A stretch of DNA of 64,000 nt from Pristiophorus japonicus (taxonomy: Eukaryota), in contig NC_091978.1 in NCBI RefSeq assembly GCF_044704955.1, positions 375,286,001-375,350,000 of the forward strand, in the 5' to 3' direction. The notes beneath the pieces are model-generated. The model searched no databases and was not told where the DNA came from. It saw only the letters and a list, made by a program, of their open reading frames with translations. The translations under genes were made by a program, and so were the position numbers. Shown piece by piece: positions 12,021-26,300 of the stretch. How positions within the stretch are numbered: the stretch's first letter is position 1; each line of letters begins with the position of its first letter.

Positions 12021-13701
12021 CGCAGTGGGGATGAACCAGGGCAGCAGTGTCAGGTGAAGAGGGATTAGTACAGGACAGGACATGAGCAATGGGAATTTGA
12101 ATCTGTTGCAGCTTACGAAGGATGGAGTTTGGGAGACCAGCAGGAAAAGCGTTGAAGCAATTGAGCCTGGGGCTGATAAAGGCATGGATAGGGATGGAGC
12201 TGAGCAATATTACAGGAGGGAAACAGATGATTTGATGAGGGAAGGAAGTGAGTTTGAAGTTGAGAGTGAAACAGGCTTTCGCCAGCAGAACCTGCCTGAG
12301 CAAGACACTAAGGAAGGATTTAAGGAGCACGGTGTGTGGCTGCTCTCTTCAATTCTGAACCTTCAACCAAATCCAACATGTCGAAACCCAACTGCTCAAC
12401 AAGAGGTTTGAGACATCGGAGTCCAGAAAGGGGGCTGTTTATTCATTGGTTTGATTGGTGGCTGTCCTTTATCCCGACTGATGTCGAGGTATTTTGCTCT
12501 GATGGGTTTGATTAAGGAAATTGTTCCATCAGAAAAAACCCATCACAAGTGGGCACCATTCACCCAACTGAAAGAGGTTTCACTTTGTAAAGGGATTCTG
12601 CAACTTTATCTGTGACTGCTCGTAAAACAGCCCCACAGGGGCACAGCCTGCTTTTCTCATTAATAATTCCTGCAACTTGCCAATCAATGGCTCATTTAAA
12701 AACGTTCCCTGTTATCGCTCCGTGAGTATAAATGCTGAAATGCTGGTACACGATCCCAAAGAGAAGGAACAACATTGAGCTGCCTGATTCTACTCTGTGA
12801 TTTTGAGTGATTCTGAGTGACTGATTGTGACATCTTCATCAAAGGCTTTAAGCAGAATGGGTGCTGTTCATGGAGTTCTGTTACATCAAATCTGCGGCAC
12901 AGAGTCAAATATTTAAACATTCTCCGACAAATTGTTCAAAAAGTGTCAAACATGTAACAGAAGATTACAGAGTGCACGGTATGGAAAGAGAGGGGTACAG
13001 GGCATGGTGTGAGAGGGGAGGGGTACAGAATGCACGGTGTGACAGTAAGGGGGGTGGGGTACAACAAAGAAAGACATATTTCAGGAAATATCAGAATTAT
13101 AATTTCTCTGCAGAGCTTCAGGATTTTGCTGCAACAAATCTGAGTCCCCAACCCAGCTCTGTCAGTGGCCTCACTTTTCTGATGGGTTCAGTGATCAGTT
13201 CCTTTAAGCAAGGCAGCTCTGTCATTGTTCACCTTCCCCCATCCACTGCTTTAGAAATGCTGGATATCAGAAGGCAACAGCCTTGCTGATGCCCAGTGTT
13301 GGTAAGGTGTTAATGGTCGGAAACATGGCAGGGCACAGAGTCCTGTCTCTAATCTACCATTTGTTTTGGGAGCCCCTCCGTCCCTCTCAACGGATAATCC
13401 TGGATGTGGCAGTGCAGCTCAGGGAGCAGCAAAGGAATAACGAGGATTGGGTCTCCGACACTGAGCCCCTTGTAAGGTCTCCCTCACTGTGGGACTATCA
13501 CAACATCACATTAATGTGTAATGCAACATTACCCTGATCATCAAACAGTATCCTGTCTTAATAAAACCCCTTGATGTTTACAGTATTGGCCACTCAGGCA
13601 CGTGGCCATTAGTTAAATATTCCACTGTCGATGCCCACTCACTATTGTGCCTGGTGTGGTACTCTGTTACTGAATCACAATATCAACCTTTCTATCTGTA
13701 G

Positions 13702-16700
13702 GTAGCTGCTACTTGCACCAGCCAGGTCACAATCCAAACTGATGTCATCCAGAGCGTTGACGTGCAATGCATAAACTTAAATATTAATGCAACCGCCGCA
13801 CCAACAACAACTGGTGCAATAACAACAACTGACACACCAACAACAACTGATGCACCAACAACAACTGACACACCAACAACAACTGACGCAATAACAACAA
13901 CCGCCGCAATAACAACAGCTGCCGCAATAACAACAACTGATGCAATAACAACAACTGCCGCACCAACAACAACCGCCGCAATAACAACAACCGCCGCACC
14001 AACAACAACTGACGCAATAACAACAACCGAACCAACAACAACTGACGCAATAACAACAACCGCCGCACCAATAACAACCGCCGCACCAACAACAACTGAC
14101 GCAATAACAACAACCGCTGCACCAACAACAACTGATGCACCAACAACAACTGATGCACCTACAACAACTGACGCACCAACAACAACTGACGCACCAACAA
14201 CAACCGACGCACCAACAACAACCGCCGCACCAACAACAACTGACGCACCAACAACAACCGCCGCACCAACAACAACTGATGCACCAACAACAACTGGTGC
14301 ACCAACAACAACTGACGCACCAACAACAACCGCCGCACCAACAACAACTGACGCCCCAACAACAACTGACGCACCAACAACAACTGACGCACCTACAACA
14401 ACCGCCGCACCAACAACTGACGCACCTACAACAACCGCCGCACCAACAACAACTGACGCACCAACAACAACCGCCGCACCAACAACAACTGACGCACCAA
14501 CAACAACTGACGCACCAACAACAACTGACGCACCAACAACAACTGACGCACCAAGAACAACCGACGCACCTACAACAACCGCCGCACCAACAACAACTGA
14601 CGCACCAACAACAACTGACGCACCTACAACAACCGCCGCACCAACAACAACTGACGCACCAACAACAACTGACGCACCTACAACAACCGCCGCACCAACA
14701 ACAACTGATGCACCAACAACAACTGACGCACCGACAACAACCGCCGCACCAACAACAACTGACGCACCTACAACAACTGCCACACCAACAACAACTGACG
14801 CACCAACAACAACTGGCGCACCTACAACAACCGCCGCACCAACAACAACTGATGCACCTACAACAACCGCCGCACCAACAACTGACGCACCAACAACAAC
14901 CGCCGCACCAACAACAACCGCCGCAATAACAACAACCGCCGCACCAACAACAACCACCGCAATAACAACAACTGACTCACCTACAACAACCGCCGCACCA
15001 ACAACAACCGCCGCACCAACAACAACTGACGCACCTACAACAACTGATGTACCAACAACAACTGACGCACCTACAACAACCGCCGCACCAACAACAACTG
15101 ACGCACCAACAACAACCGCCGCACCAACAACAACCGCCGCACCAACAACAACCACCGCACCAACAACTGACGCAACAACAACTGACGCACCAACAACAAC
15201 CGCCGCACCAACAACTGACGCAACAACAACAACCGCCGCAATAACAACAACCGCCGCACCTACAACAACCGCCGCAATAACAACAACTGACGCACCAACA
15301 ACAACCATCGCACCAACAACAACCGCCGCACCAACAACTGACGCACCTACAACAACCGCCTCACCAACAACAACCGCCACAATAACAACAACTGACGCAC
15401 CAACAACAACCGCCGCACCTACAACAACCGTCGCACCAACAACCGCTGCACCAACAACCGCCGCAATAACAACAACCGCCGCACCAACAACAACTGACGC
15501 CCCAACAACAACTGACGCACCAACAACAACTGACGCACCAACAACAACTGACGCACCTACAACAACTGACGCACCTACAACAACTGACGCACCAACAACA
15601 ACTGACGCACCAACAACAACCGCCGCACCAACAACAACTGACGCACCAACAACAACTGACGCACCAACAACAACTGACGCACCTACAACAACCGCCGCAC
15701 CAACAACAACTGACGCACCTACAACAACTGACGCACCTACAACAACTGACGCACCAACAACAACTGACGCACCAACAACAACTGACGCACCAACAACAAC
15801 TGACGCACCTACAACAACCGCCGCACCAACAACAATCGACGCACCAACAACAACTGACGCACCTACAACAACCGCCACACCAACAACAACTGACGCACCA
15901 ACAACAACTGACGCACCTACAACAACCGCCACACCAACAACAACTGACGCACCTACAACAACCGCCGCACCAACAACAACTGACGCCCCAACAACAACTG
16001 ACGCACCAACAACAACTGACGCACCTACAACAACCGCCGCACCAACAACAATCGACGCACCAACAACAACTGACGCACCTACAACAACCGCCACACCAAC
16101 AACAACTGACGCACCAACAACAACTGACGCACCTACAACAACCGCCACACCAACAACAACTGACGCACCTACAACAACCGCCGCACCAACAACTGACGCA
16201 CCTACAACAACCGCCGCACCAACAACAACTGACACACCAACAACAACCGCCGCACCAACAACAACTGACGCACCAACAACAACCGCCGCACCAACAACAA
16301 CTGATGCACCAACAACAACCGCCGCACCAACAACAACTGGCGCACCTACAACAACCGCCGCACCAACAACAACTGATGCACCTACAACAACCACCGCACC
16401 AACAACTGACGCACCAACAACAACTGCCGCACCAACAACAACTGACACACCAACAACAACTGACGCACCAACAACAACTGACGCACCAACAACAACCGCC
16501 GCACCAACAACAACTGACGCACCTACAACAACTGATGCACCAACAACAACTGACGCACCTACAACAACCGCCGCACCAACAACAACTGACGCACCAACAA
16601 CAACCGCCGCACCAACAACTGACGCAACAACAACAACTGACGCACCTACAACAACCGCCGCACCAACAACAACCGCCGCACCAACAACAACCACCGCAAT

Positions 16701-19700
16701 AACAACAACTGACGCACCTACAACAACCGCCGCACCAACAACAACCGCCGCACCAACAACTGACGCACCTACAACAACCGCCTCACCAACAACAACCGCC
16801 GCAATAACAACAACTGACGCACCAACAACAACCGCCGCACCTACAACAACCGCCGCACCAACAACCGCCGCACCAACAACCGCCGCAATAACAACAACCG
16901 CCGCACCAACAACAACTGACGCACCAACAACAACTGACGCACCTACAACAACCGATGCACCAACAACAACCGCCGCACCAACAACCGCCGCAATAACAAC
17001 AACCGCCGCACCAACAACAACTGACGCACCAACAACAACAGACGCACCAACAACAACCGACGCACCAACAACAACCGACGCACCAACAACAACCGATGCA
17101 CCAACAACAACCGACGCACCAACAACAACCGACGCACCAACAACAACTGACGCACCAACAACAACCGCCGCACCAACAACAACCGACGCACCAACAACAA
17201 CCGCCGCACCAACAACAACCGACGCACCAACAACAACAGCCGCACCAACAACAACCGCCGCAATAACAACAACTGACGCAATAACAACAACTGACGCAAT
17301 AACAACAACCGCCGCACCAACAACAACCGACGCACCAACAACAACAGCCGCACCAACAACAACAGCCGCACCAACAACAACCGCCGCACCAACAACAACT
17401 GACGCAATAACAACAACTGACGCAATAACAACAACTGCCGCAATAACAACAACTGACGCACCAACAACAACCGCCGCAATAACAACAACTGACGCAATAA
17501 CAACAACCGCCGCAATAACAACAACTGACGCACCAACAACAACCGCCGCAATAACAACAACTGACGCACCAACAACAACCGCCGCACCAACAACAACCGC
17601 CGCACCAACAACAACCGCCGCACCAACAACAACCGCCGCACCAACAACAACCGACGCACCAACAACAACCGACGCACCAACAACAACCGCCGCACCAACA
17701 ACAACCGACGCACCAACAACAACCGCCGCACCAACAACAACCGCCGCACCAACAACAACCGCCGCACCAACAACAACTGACGCACCAACAACAACCGCCG
17801 CACCAACAACAACTGACGCAATAACAACAACTGACGCAATAACAACAACTGACGCAATAACAACAACTGACGCACCAACAACAACCGCCGCAATAACAAC
17901 AACTGACGCAATAACAACAACCGCCGCAATAACAACAACTGACGCACCAACAACAACCGCCGCAATAACAACAACTGACGCACCAACAACAACCGCCGCA
18001 CCAACAACAACCGCCGCACCAACAACAACCGCCGCACTAACAACAACCGCCGCACCAACAACAACCGACGCACCAACAACAACCGACGCACCAACAACAA
18101 CCGACGCACCAACAACAACCGCCGCACCAACAACAACCGACGCACCAACAACAACCGCCGCACCAACAACAACCGACGCAGCAACAACAACCGACGCACC
18201 AACAACAACCGACGCACCAACAACAACCGACGCACCAACAACAACCGCCGCACCAACAACAACCGCCGCACCAACAACAACCGCCGCACCAACAACAACC
18301 GCCGCACCAACAACAACCGCCGCACCAACAACAACCGACGCACCAACAACAACCGACGCACCAACAACAACCGCCGCACCAACAACAACCGCCGCACCAA
18401 CAACAACCGACGCACCAACAACAACCGACGCACCAACAACAACCGACGCACCAACAACAACCGCCGCACCAACAACAACCGACGCACCAACAACAACCGC
18501 CGCACCAACAACAACCGACGCACCAACAACAACAGCCGCACCAACAACAACCGCCGCAATAACAACAACTGACGCAATAACAACAACTGACGCAATAACA
18601 ACAACCGACGCACCAACAACAACAGCCGCACCAACAACAACAGCCGCACCAACAACAACCGCCGCACCAACAACAACTGACGCAATAACAACAACTGACG
18701 CAATAACAACAACTGCCGCAATAACAACAACTGACGCACCAACAACAACCGCCGCAATAACAACAACTGACGCAATAACAACAACCGCCGCAATAACAAC
18801 AACTGACGCACCAACAACAACCGCCGCAATAACAACAACTGACGCACCAACAACAACCGCCGCACCAACAACAACCGCCGCACCAACAACAACCGCCGCA
18901 CCAACTACAACCGACGCACCAACAACAACCGCCGCACCAACAACAACCGCCGCACCAACAACAACCGACGCACCAACAACAACCGATGCACCAACAACAA
19001 CCGACGCACCAACAACAACCGCCGCACCAACAACAACTGACCCACCAACAACCGCCGCAATAACAACAACTGACGCACCTACAACAACCGCCGCAATAAC
19101 AACAACTGACGCACCTACAACAACCGCCGCAATAACAACAACTGACGCACCTACAACAACTGCCACAATAACAACAACCGACGCACCAACAACAACCGAC
19201 GCACCAACAACAACTGACGCACCAACAACAACCGACGCACCAACAACAACCGACGCACCAACAACAACTGACGCACCTACAACAACTGACGCACCAACAA
19301 CAACTGACGCACCTACAACAACTGCCACAATAACAACAACTGACGCACCTACAACAACCGCCGCACCAACAACAACCGCCGCACCAACAACAACTGCCGC
19401 ACCAACAACAACCGACGCACCAACAACAACTGATGCACCAACAACAACCGACGCACCAACAACAACTGACGCACCTACAACAACTGACGCACCAACAACA
19501 ACTGACGCACCTACAACAACTGACGCACCAACAACAACTGACGAACCTACAACAACTGACGCACCAACAATAACTGACGCACCAACAACAACTGACGCAC
19601 CTACAACAACCGCCGCACCAACAACAACTGACGCAATAACAACAACTGGTGCACCAACAACCAATGCACCAACAATAACCGATGCACCTACAACAACTGA

Positions 19701-19872
19701 CGCACCAACAACAACTGACGCACCTACAACAACCGCCGCAATAACAACAACTGGTGCACCAACAACAACTGACACACCAACAACAACTGACGCACCAACG
19801 ACAGCAACATCAACATCATTCTCATCATCTTCATCTTCATCGGAAAGCAGTGAATCATCAGAGAGATGCAGA
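13702..19872 (+). CDS. spp2: SPP2-like gene copy 1, giant exon 4: end of cystatin domain + ~2000-aa Thr-rich mucin-like repeat + phosphoserine cluster
   Basis: CTTTCTATCTGTAG acceptor, AGA|GTAAGT donor, 6171 bp (2057 codons), phase 0-0, stop-free. Starts VAATCTSQVTIQTDVIQSVDVQC (cf. SPP2 TAVCRSTVKVSAQQVQGVHARC) and ends SSSSSSSESSESSERCR (cf. SPP2 SSSTSESYSSEE). Confidence 0.88.
13790..19800 (+). repeat. Coding minisatellite, 18-bp unit (CCAACAACAACTGACGCA / CCAACAACAACCGCCGCA), roughly 330-340 units
   Basis: Encodes PTTTDA/PTTTAA/ITTTDA hexapeptides; length variants are whole codons (e.g. PTTDA). Confidence 0.98.
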
Positions 19873-20088
19873 GTAAGTGTATATGACAGATATATTTTGA
19901 ATTTATGCTAGTTGAAACAATGGCCTACAAAGTTCTGATCACCTGTGCCAAAACAATAGCCCAAGTACGGTGAAAGACTGTTTTCGGCACTAAAAATCGT
20001 GGAAGTCACTTACACACTTTTTATGCTGCGCTTGAAGTGCCATGATATTTTGCACCAATTCTGTGACACCTCCACATTAATATAAAAA

Positions 20089-22600
20089 AAACATAAGAAA
20101 TAGGAGCAGGAGTCGGCCATTCGGCCCCTCGAGCCTGCTCCGCCATTCAATAAGATCACGGCTGATCTTCAACATAAGCTCCACTTTCCCAGCCGATCTC
20201 AATATCCCTTGATTACCTTAGTGCCAAAATTCTTTTGATCTCAGTCTTGAATATATTCATCGACTGAGTATCCACAGCCCTCTGGGGTTGTATGTCCAGA
20301 GATTCACCACCCTCTGAGTGAAGACATTTCTCCTCATCTCAGTCTTAAATGGCTGATTCCTTATCCTGAGACTGTGACCCCTGGTTCTAGATTCTCCAGC
20401 CCGGGGAACAACCTCTCTGCATCTACACTCTCAAGCCCTCTAAGAATTTTATATGTTTCACTGAGATCACTTCTCATTCTTCAAAACTCGAGATAGTATA
20501 GGCCCAATCTGCTCAATATCTTTTCATAGGACAGCTCTCTCATCCCAGTAATCAATTTAATGAACCTTTGTTGCACCCCTTTAAGGCAAGGTTTTCCTTA
20601 GAAAGGAAAGTGTACACAGTACTTGGTGTAGAAACATAGGAACATAGAAAATAGGTGTAGCTGTAGGCCATTCTGCACCACCATTCAACAAGATCATGGC
20701 TGATCTTTCACCTCAGTACCCCTTTCCTGCTTTCTCTCCATACCCCTTGATCCCTTTAGCCGTAAGGACCATATCTAATTCCCTCTTGAATATATCCAAC
20801 GAACTGGCATCAACAACTCTCTGCGGTAGAGAATTCCACAGGTTAACAACTCTCTGAGTGAAGAAGTTTCTCCTCATCTCAGTCCTAAATGGCTTACCCC
20901 TTATCCTTAGACTGTGTCCCCGGTTGTGGACTTCCCCAACATCGGGAACATTCTTCCTGCATCTAACCTGTCCAGTTCCACCAGGTTTTTATATGTTTCG
21001 ATGAGATCCCCTCTCATCCTTCTAAACTCCAGTGAATAAAGGCCCAGTCAATCCAGTCTCTCCTCATATGTCAGCCCTGCCATCCCAGGAATCAGTCTGG
21101 TGAACCTTCGCTGCACTCCCTCAATAGCAAGAACGTCCTTCCTCAGATTAGGAGTCCAAAACTGAACACAGTATTTCAGATGAGGCCTCACCAAGGCCCT
21201 GTACAACTGCAGTAAGACCTCCCTGCTCCTATACTCAAATCCCCTAGCTATGAAGGCCAACATACCATTTGCCTTCTTCACCGCCTGCTGTACCTGCATG
21301 CCAACTTTCAATGACTGATGTACCATGACACCCAGGTCTCGCTGCACTTCTCCTTTTCCTAATCTGCCGCCATTCAGATAATATTCTGCCTTCGTGTTTC
21401 TGCCCCCAAAGTGGATAACCTCACATTTATCCACATTATACTGCATCTGCCATGCATTTGCCCACTCACCTAACCTGTCCAAGTCATCCTGCAGCATCTT
21501 CGTGTCCTCCTTACGCTCACACCGCCATCAAGTTTAGTGTCATCTGCAAGCTTGGAGATATTACACTCAATTCCTTCATCCAAATCATTAATGTATATTG
21601 TAAATAGCTGGGGTCCCAGCACTGAGCCCTGCGGCACCCCACTAGTCACTGCCTGCCATTCTGAAAAGGACCCATTTATACCAACTCTCTGCTTCCTGTC
21701 TACCAACTAGTTCTCTATCCACATCAGTACATTACCCCCAATACCATGTGCTTTAATTTTGCTCACCAATCTCTTGTGTGGGACCTTGTTAAAAGCCTTT
21801 TTAAAGTCCAAATACACCACATCCACTGGTTCTCCCTTGTCCACTCTACTAGTTACATCCTCAAAAAATTCCAGAAGATTTGTCAATCATGATTTCCCTT
21901 TCATAAATCCATGCTGACTTGGACCGATCCTGTCACTGCTTTCTAAATGCGCTGTTATTTCATCTTTAATAATTGATTCCAACATTTTCCCCACTACTGA
22001 TGTCAGGCGAAAAGGTCTATAATTACCCGTTTTCTCTCTCCCTCCCTTTTTAAAAAGTGGTGTACATTAGCTACCCTCCAGTCTATAGGAACTGATCCAG
22101 AGTCGATAGACTGTTGGAAAATGATCACCTATACATCCACTATTTCTAAGGGCCACTTCCTTAAGTACTCTGGGATGCAGACTATCAGGCCCCGGGGATT
22201 TATCGGCCTTCAATCCCATCAATTTCCTTAACACAATTTCCCGCCTAATAAGGATATCCTTCAGTTCCTCCTTCTCACGAGACACTCGATCCCCTAGTAC
22301 TTCCGGAAGGTTATTTGTGTCTTCCTTCGTGAAGACGGAACCCAAGTATTTGTTCAACTGATCTGCCATTTCTTTGTTCCCCATTATAAATTCACCTGAA
22401 TCTGACTGCAAGAGACCTATGTTTGTCTTCACTAATCTTTTTCTCTTCACATATCTATAGAAGCTTTTGCAGTCAGTTTTTATGTTCCCGGCAAGCTTCC
22501 TCTCATACTCTATTTTCCCCCTCCTAATTAAACCCTTTGTCCACCTCTGCTGAATTCTAAATTTTTCCCAGTTTTGCTGCTTTTTCTGGCCAATTTATAC
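20089..22600 (-). mobile_element. Nested CR1 LINEs (3' end 20089-20630, plus a copy from ~20630)
   Basis: CATAAGAA/CATAGAAA tails and RT ORFs 21048-21497, 21470-21706, 22067-22450. Confidence 0.92.
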
Positions 22601-22607
22601 GCCTCTT

Positions 22608-23085
22608 CCGGGATGGTGGGACTGACCTATCAAGAAAGACTGGATCAACTGGGCTTGTATTCACTGGAGTTCAGAAGAATGAGAGGGGACCTCATAGAAA
22701 CGTTTAAAATTCTGACGGGTTTGGACAGGTTAGATGCAGGAAGAATGTTCCCAATGTTGGGGAAGTCCAGAACCAGGGGTCACAGTCCAAGGATAAGGGG
22801 TAAGCCATTTAGGACCGAGATGAGGAGAAACTTCTTCACCCAGAGAGTGGTGAACCTGTGGAATTCTCTACCACAGAAAGTAGTTGAGGCCAATTCACTA
22901 AATATATTCAAAAGGGAGTTAGATGGTGTCCTTACTACTAGGGGGATCAAGGGGTATGGCGAGAAAGCAGGAATGGGGTACTGAAGTTGCATGTTCAGCC
23001 ATGAACTCATTGAATGGCGGTGCAGTCTAGAAGGGCTGAATGGCCTACTCCTGCAACAATTTTCTATGTTTCTATGTTTCTATGT
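22608..23085 (+). mobile_element. CR1 3' fragment (young subfamily)
   Basis: YSLEFRRMRGDLIETFKI...VVNLWNSLP followed by a (TTCTATGT)n tail. Confidence 0.92.
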
Positions 23086-23364
23086 GAACACTATCCTTAA
23101 TTTCCCTTGTTAGCCACGGTTGAGCCACCTTCCCCGTTTTATTTTTACTCCAGACAGGGATGGACAATTGTTGAAGTTCATCCATGTGATCTTTAAATGT
23201 TTGCCATTGCCTATTCACAGTCAACCCTTTAAGTATCATTTGCCAGTCTATTCTAACCAATTCACGTCTCATACCATCGAAGTTACCTTTCCTTAAGTTC
23301 AGGACCCTAGTCTCTGAATTAACTGCGTCACTCTCCACCTTAATAAAGAATTCTACCATATTAA

Positions 23365-26300
23365 GGTATCAAATTAAAAACCAATGCGTGTAAGGTGGCC
23401 ATGGTTAGTGGGAAACTAGAAGATTGGGAAAATTTTAAACAACAGCAAAGAATGACTAAAAAAGCAATAAAGAAAGGAAAGATAGATTACGAAGGTAAAC
23501 TTGCGCAAAACATAAAAACAGATAGTAAAAGCTTTTACAGATATATAAAATGGAAAAGAGTGACTAAAGTAAATGTTGGTCCCTAAGAAGATGAGAAGGG
23601 GGATTTAATAATGGGAAATGTGGAAATGGCTGAGACCTTAAACAATTATTTTGCTTCGGTCTTCACAGTGGAAGACACAAAAACCATGCCAAAAATTGCT
23701 GGTCACAGGAATGTGGGAAGGGAGGACCTTGAGACACTCACTATCACTAGGGGAGTAGTGCTGGACAGGCTAATGGGACTCAAGGTAGACAAGTCCCCTG
23801 GTTCTGATGAAATGCATCCCAGGGTATTAAAAGAGATGGCGGAAGTTATAGCAGATGCATTCGTTATAATCTACCAAAATTCTCTGGACTCTGGGGAGGT
23901 ACCATCGGATTGGAAAGCAGCGAATGTAACGCCTCTGTTTAAGAAAGGGGGCAGACAAAAGGCAAGTAACTATAGGCCGGTTAGTTTAACATCTGTAGTG
24001 GGGAAAATGCTTGAAGCTATCATTAAGGAAGAAATAGCGGGACATCTGGATAGGAATAGTGCAATCAAGCAGACGCAGCATGGATTCATGAAGGGGAAAT
24101 CATGTTTAACTAATTTACTGGAATTCTTTGAGGATATAATGAGCATGGTGGATAGAGGTGTACCGATGGATGTGGTGTATTTAGATTTTCAAAATACATT
24201 CGATAAGGTGCCATACAAAAGGTTACTGCAGAAGATAAAGGTACGCGGAGTCAGAGGAAATGTATTACATAGAAAACATAGAAAATAGGTGCAGGAGTAG
24301 GCCATTCGGCCCTTCTAGCCTGCACCGCCATTCAATGAGTTCATGGCTGAACATGCAACTTCAGTACCCCATTCCTGCTTTCTCACCATACCCCTTGATT
24401 CCCCTAGTAGTAAGGACTTCATCTAACTCCTTTTTGAATATATTTAGTGAATTGGCCTCAACAACTTTCTGTGGTAGAGAATTCCACAGGTTCACCACTC
24501 TCTGGGTGAAGAAATTCCTCCTCATCTCGGTCCTAAATGGCTTCCCCCTTATCCTTAGACTGTGTCCCCTGGTTCTGGACTTCCCCAACATTGGGAACAT
24601 TCTTCCTGCATCTAACCTGTCTAACCCCGTCAGAATTTTAAACGTTTCTATGAGGTCCCCTCTCATTCTTCTGAACTCCAGTGAATACAAGCCCAGTTGA
24701 TCCAGTCTTTCTTGATATGTCAGTCTCGCCATCCCGGGAATCAGTCTGGTGAACCTTCGCTGCACTCCCTCAATAGCAAGAATGTCCTTCTTCAGGTTAG
24801 GAGACCAAAACTGTACACAATACTCTAGGTGTGGCCTCACCACGGCCCTGTACAATTGTAGCAACACCTCCCTGCCCCTGTACTCAAATCCCCTCGCTAT
24901 GAAGGCCAACATGCCATTTGCTTTCTTAACCGCCTGCTGTACCTGCATGCCAACCTTCAATGACTGATGTACCATGACACCCAGGTCTCGCTGCACCTCC
25001 CCTTTTCCTAATCTGTCACCATTCAGATAATAGTCTGTCTCTCTGTTTTTACCACCAAAGTGGATAACCTCACATTTATCCACATTATACTTCATCTGCC
25101 ATGCATTTGCCCACTCACCTAACCTATCCAAGTCGCTCTGCAGCCTCATAGCATCCTCCTCGCAGCTCACACTGCCACCCAACTTAGTGTCATCCGCAAA
25201 TTTGGAGATACTACATTTAATCCCCTCGTCTAAATCATTAATGTACAGTGTAAACAGCTGGGGCCCCAGCACAGAACCTTGCGGTACCCCACTAGTCACT
25301 GCCTGCCATTCTGAAAAGTCCCCATTTACTCCTACTCTTTACTTCCTGTCTGACAACCAGTTCTCAATCCATGTCAGCACACTACCCCCAATCCCATGTG
25401 CTTTAACTTTGCACATTAATCTCTTGTGTGGGACCTGTTCGAAAGCCTTCTGAAAGTCCAAATATACCACATCAACTGGTTCTCCCTTGTCCACTCTACT
25501 GGAAACATCCTCAAAAAATTCCAGAAGATTTGTCAAGCATGATTTCCCTTTCACAAATCCATGCTGACTTGGACCTATCATATTACCTCTTTCCAAATGC
25601 ACTGCTATGACATCCTTAATAATTGATTCCATCATTTTACCCACTACCGATGTCAGGCTAACCGGTCTATAATTCCCTGTTTTCTCTCTCCCTCCTTTTT
25701 TAAAAAGTGGGGTTACATTGGCTACCCTCCACTCCATAGGAACTGATCCAGAGTCAATGGAATGTTGGAAAATGACTGTCAATGCATCCACTATTTCCAA
25801 GGCCACCTCCTTAAGTACTCTGGGATGCAGTCCATCAGGCCCTGGGGATTTATCGGCCTTCAATCCCATCAATTTCCCCAACACAATTTCCTGACTAATA
25901 AGGATTTCCCTCAGTTCCTCCTCCTTACTAGACCCTCCGAACCCTTTTATATCCGGAAGGTTGTTTGTGTCCTCCTCAGTGAATACCGAACCAAAGTACT
26001 TGTTCAATTGGTCCGCCATTTCTTTGTTCCCCGTTATGACTTCCCCTGATTCTGACTGCAGGGGACCTACGTTTGTCTTTACTAACCTTTTTCTCTTTAC
26101 ATATCTAAAGAAACTTTTGCAATCCTTCTTAATGTTCCCTGCAAGCTTCTTCTCGTACTCCATTTTCCCTGCCCTAATCAAACCCTTTGTCCTCCTCTGC
26201 TGAGTTCTAAATTTCTCCCAGTCCCCGGGTTCGCTGCTATTTCTGGCCAATTTGTATGCCACTTCCTTGGCTTTAATGCTATCCCTGATTTCGCTTGATA

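Noticed and set aside
13255-13301. Possible extra exon ending GTTG|GTAAGG, with TATAAA at ~12728
   Set aside because: Exon 3 already joins 13702 in phase and gives a colinear SPP2 alignment. No signal peptide or homology supports this exon.
13692-19775. 2027-aa Val/Gly/Ala ORF on the minus strand, and the poly-Q/H and poly-L/R ORFs
   Set aside because: These are antisense or alternative frames of the stop-poor 18-bp repeat. Only the Thr-rich + frame has splice sites and homologous flanks.
13790-19800. Antifreeze glycoprotein
   Set aside because: AFGPs are (Thr-Ala-Ala)n tripeptides. This repeat is a Thr-dominated hexapeptide with Asp inside an SPP2-like gene.
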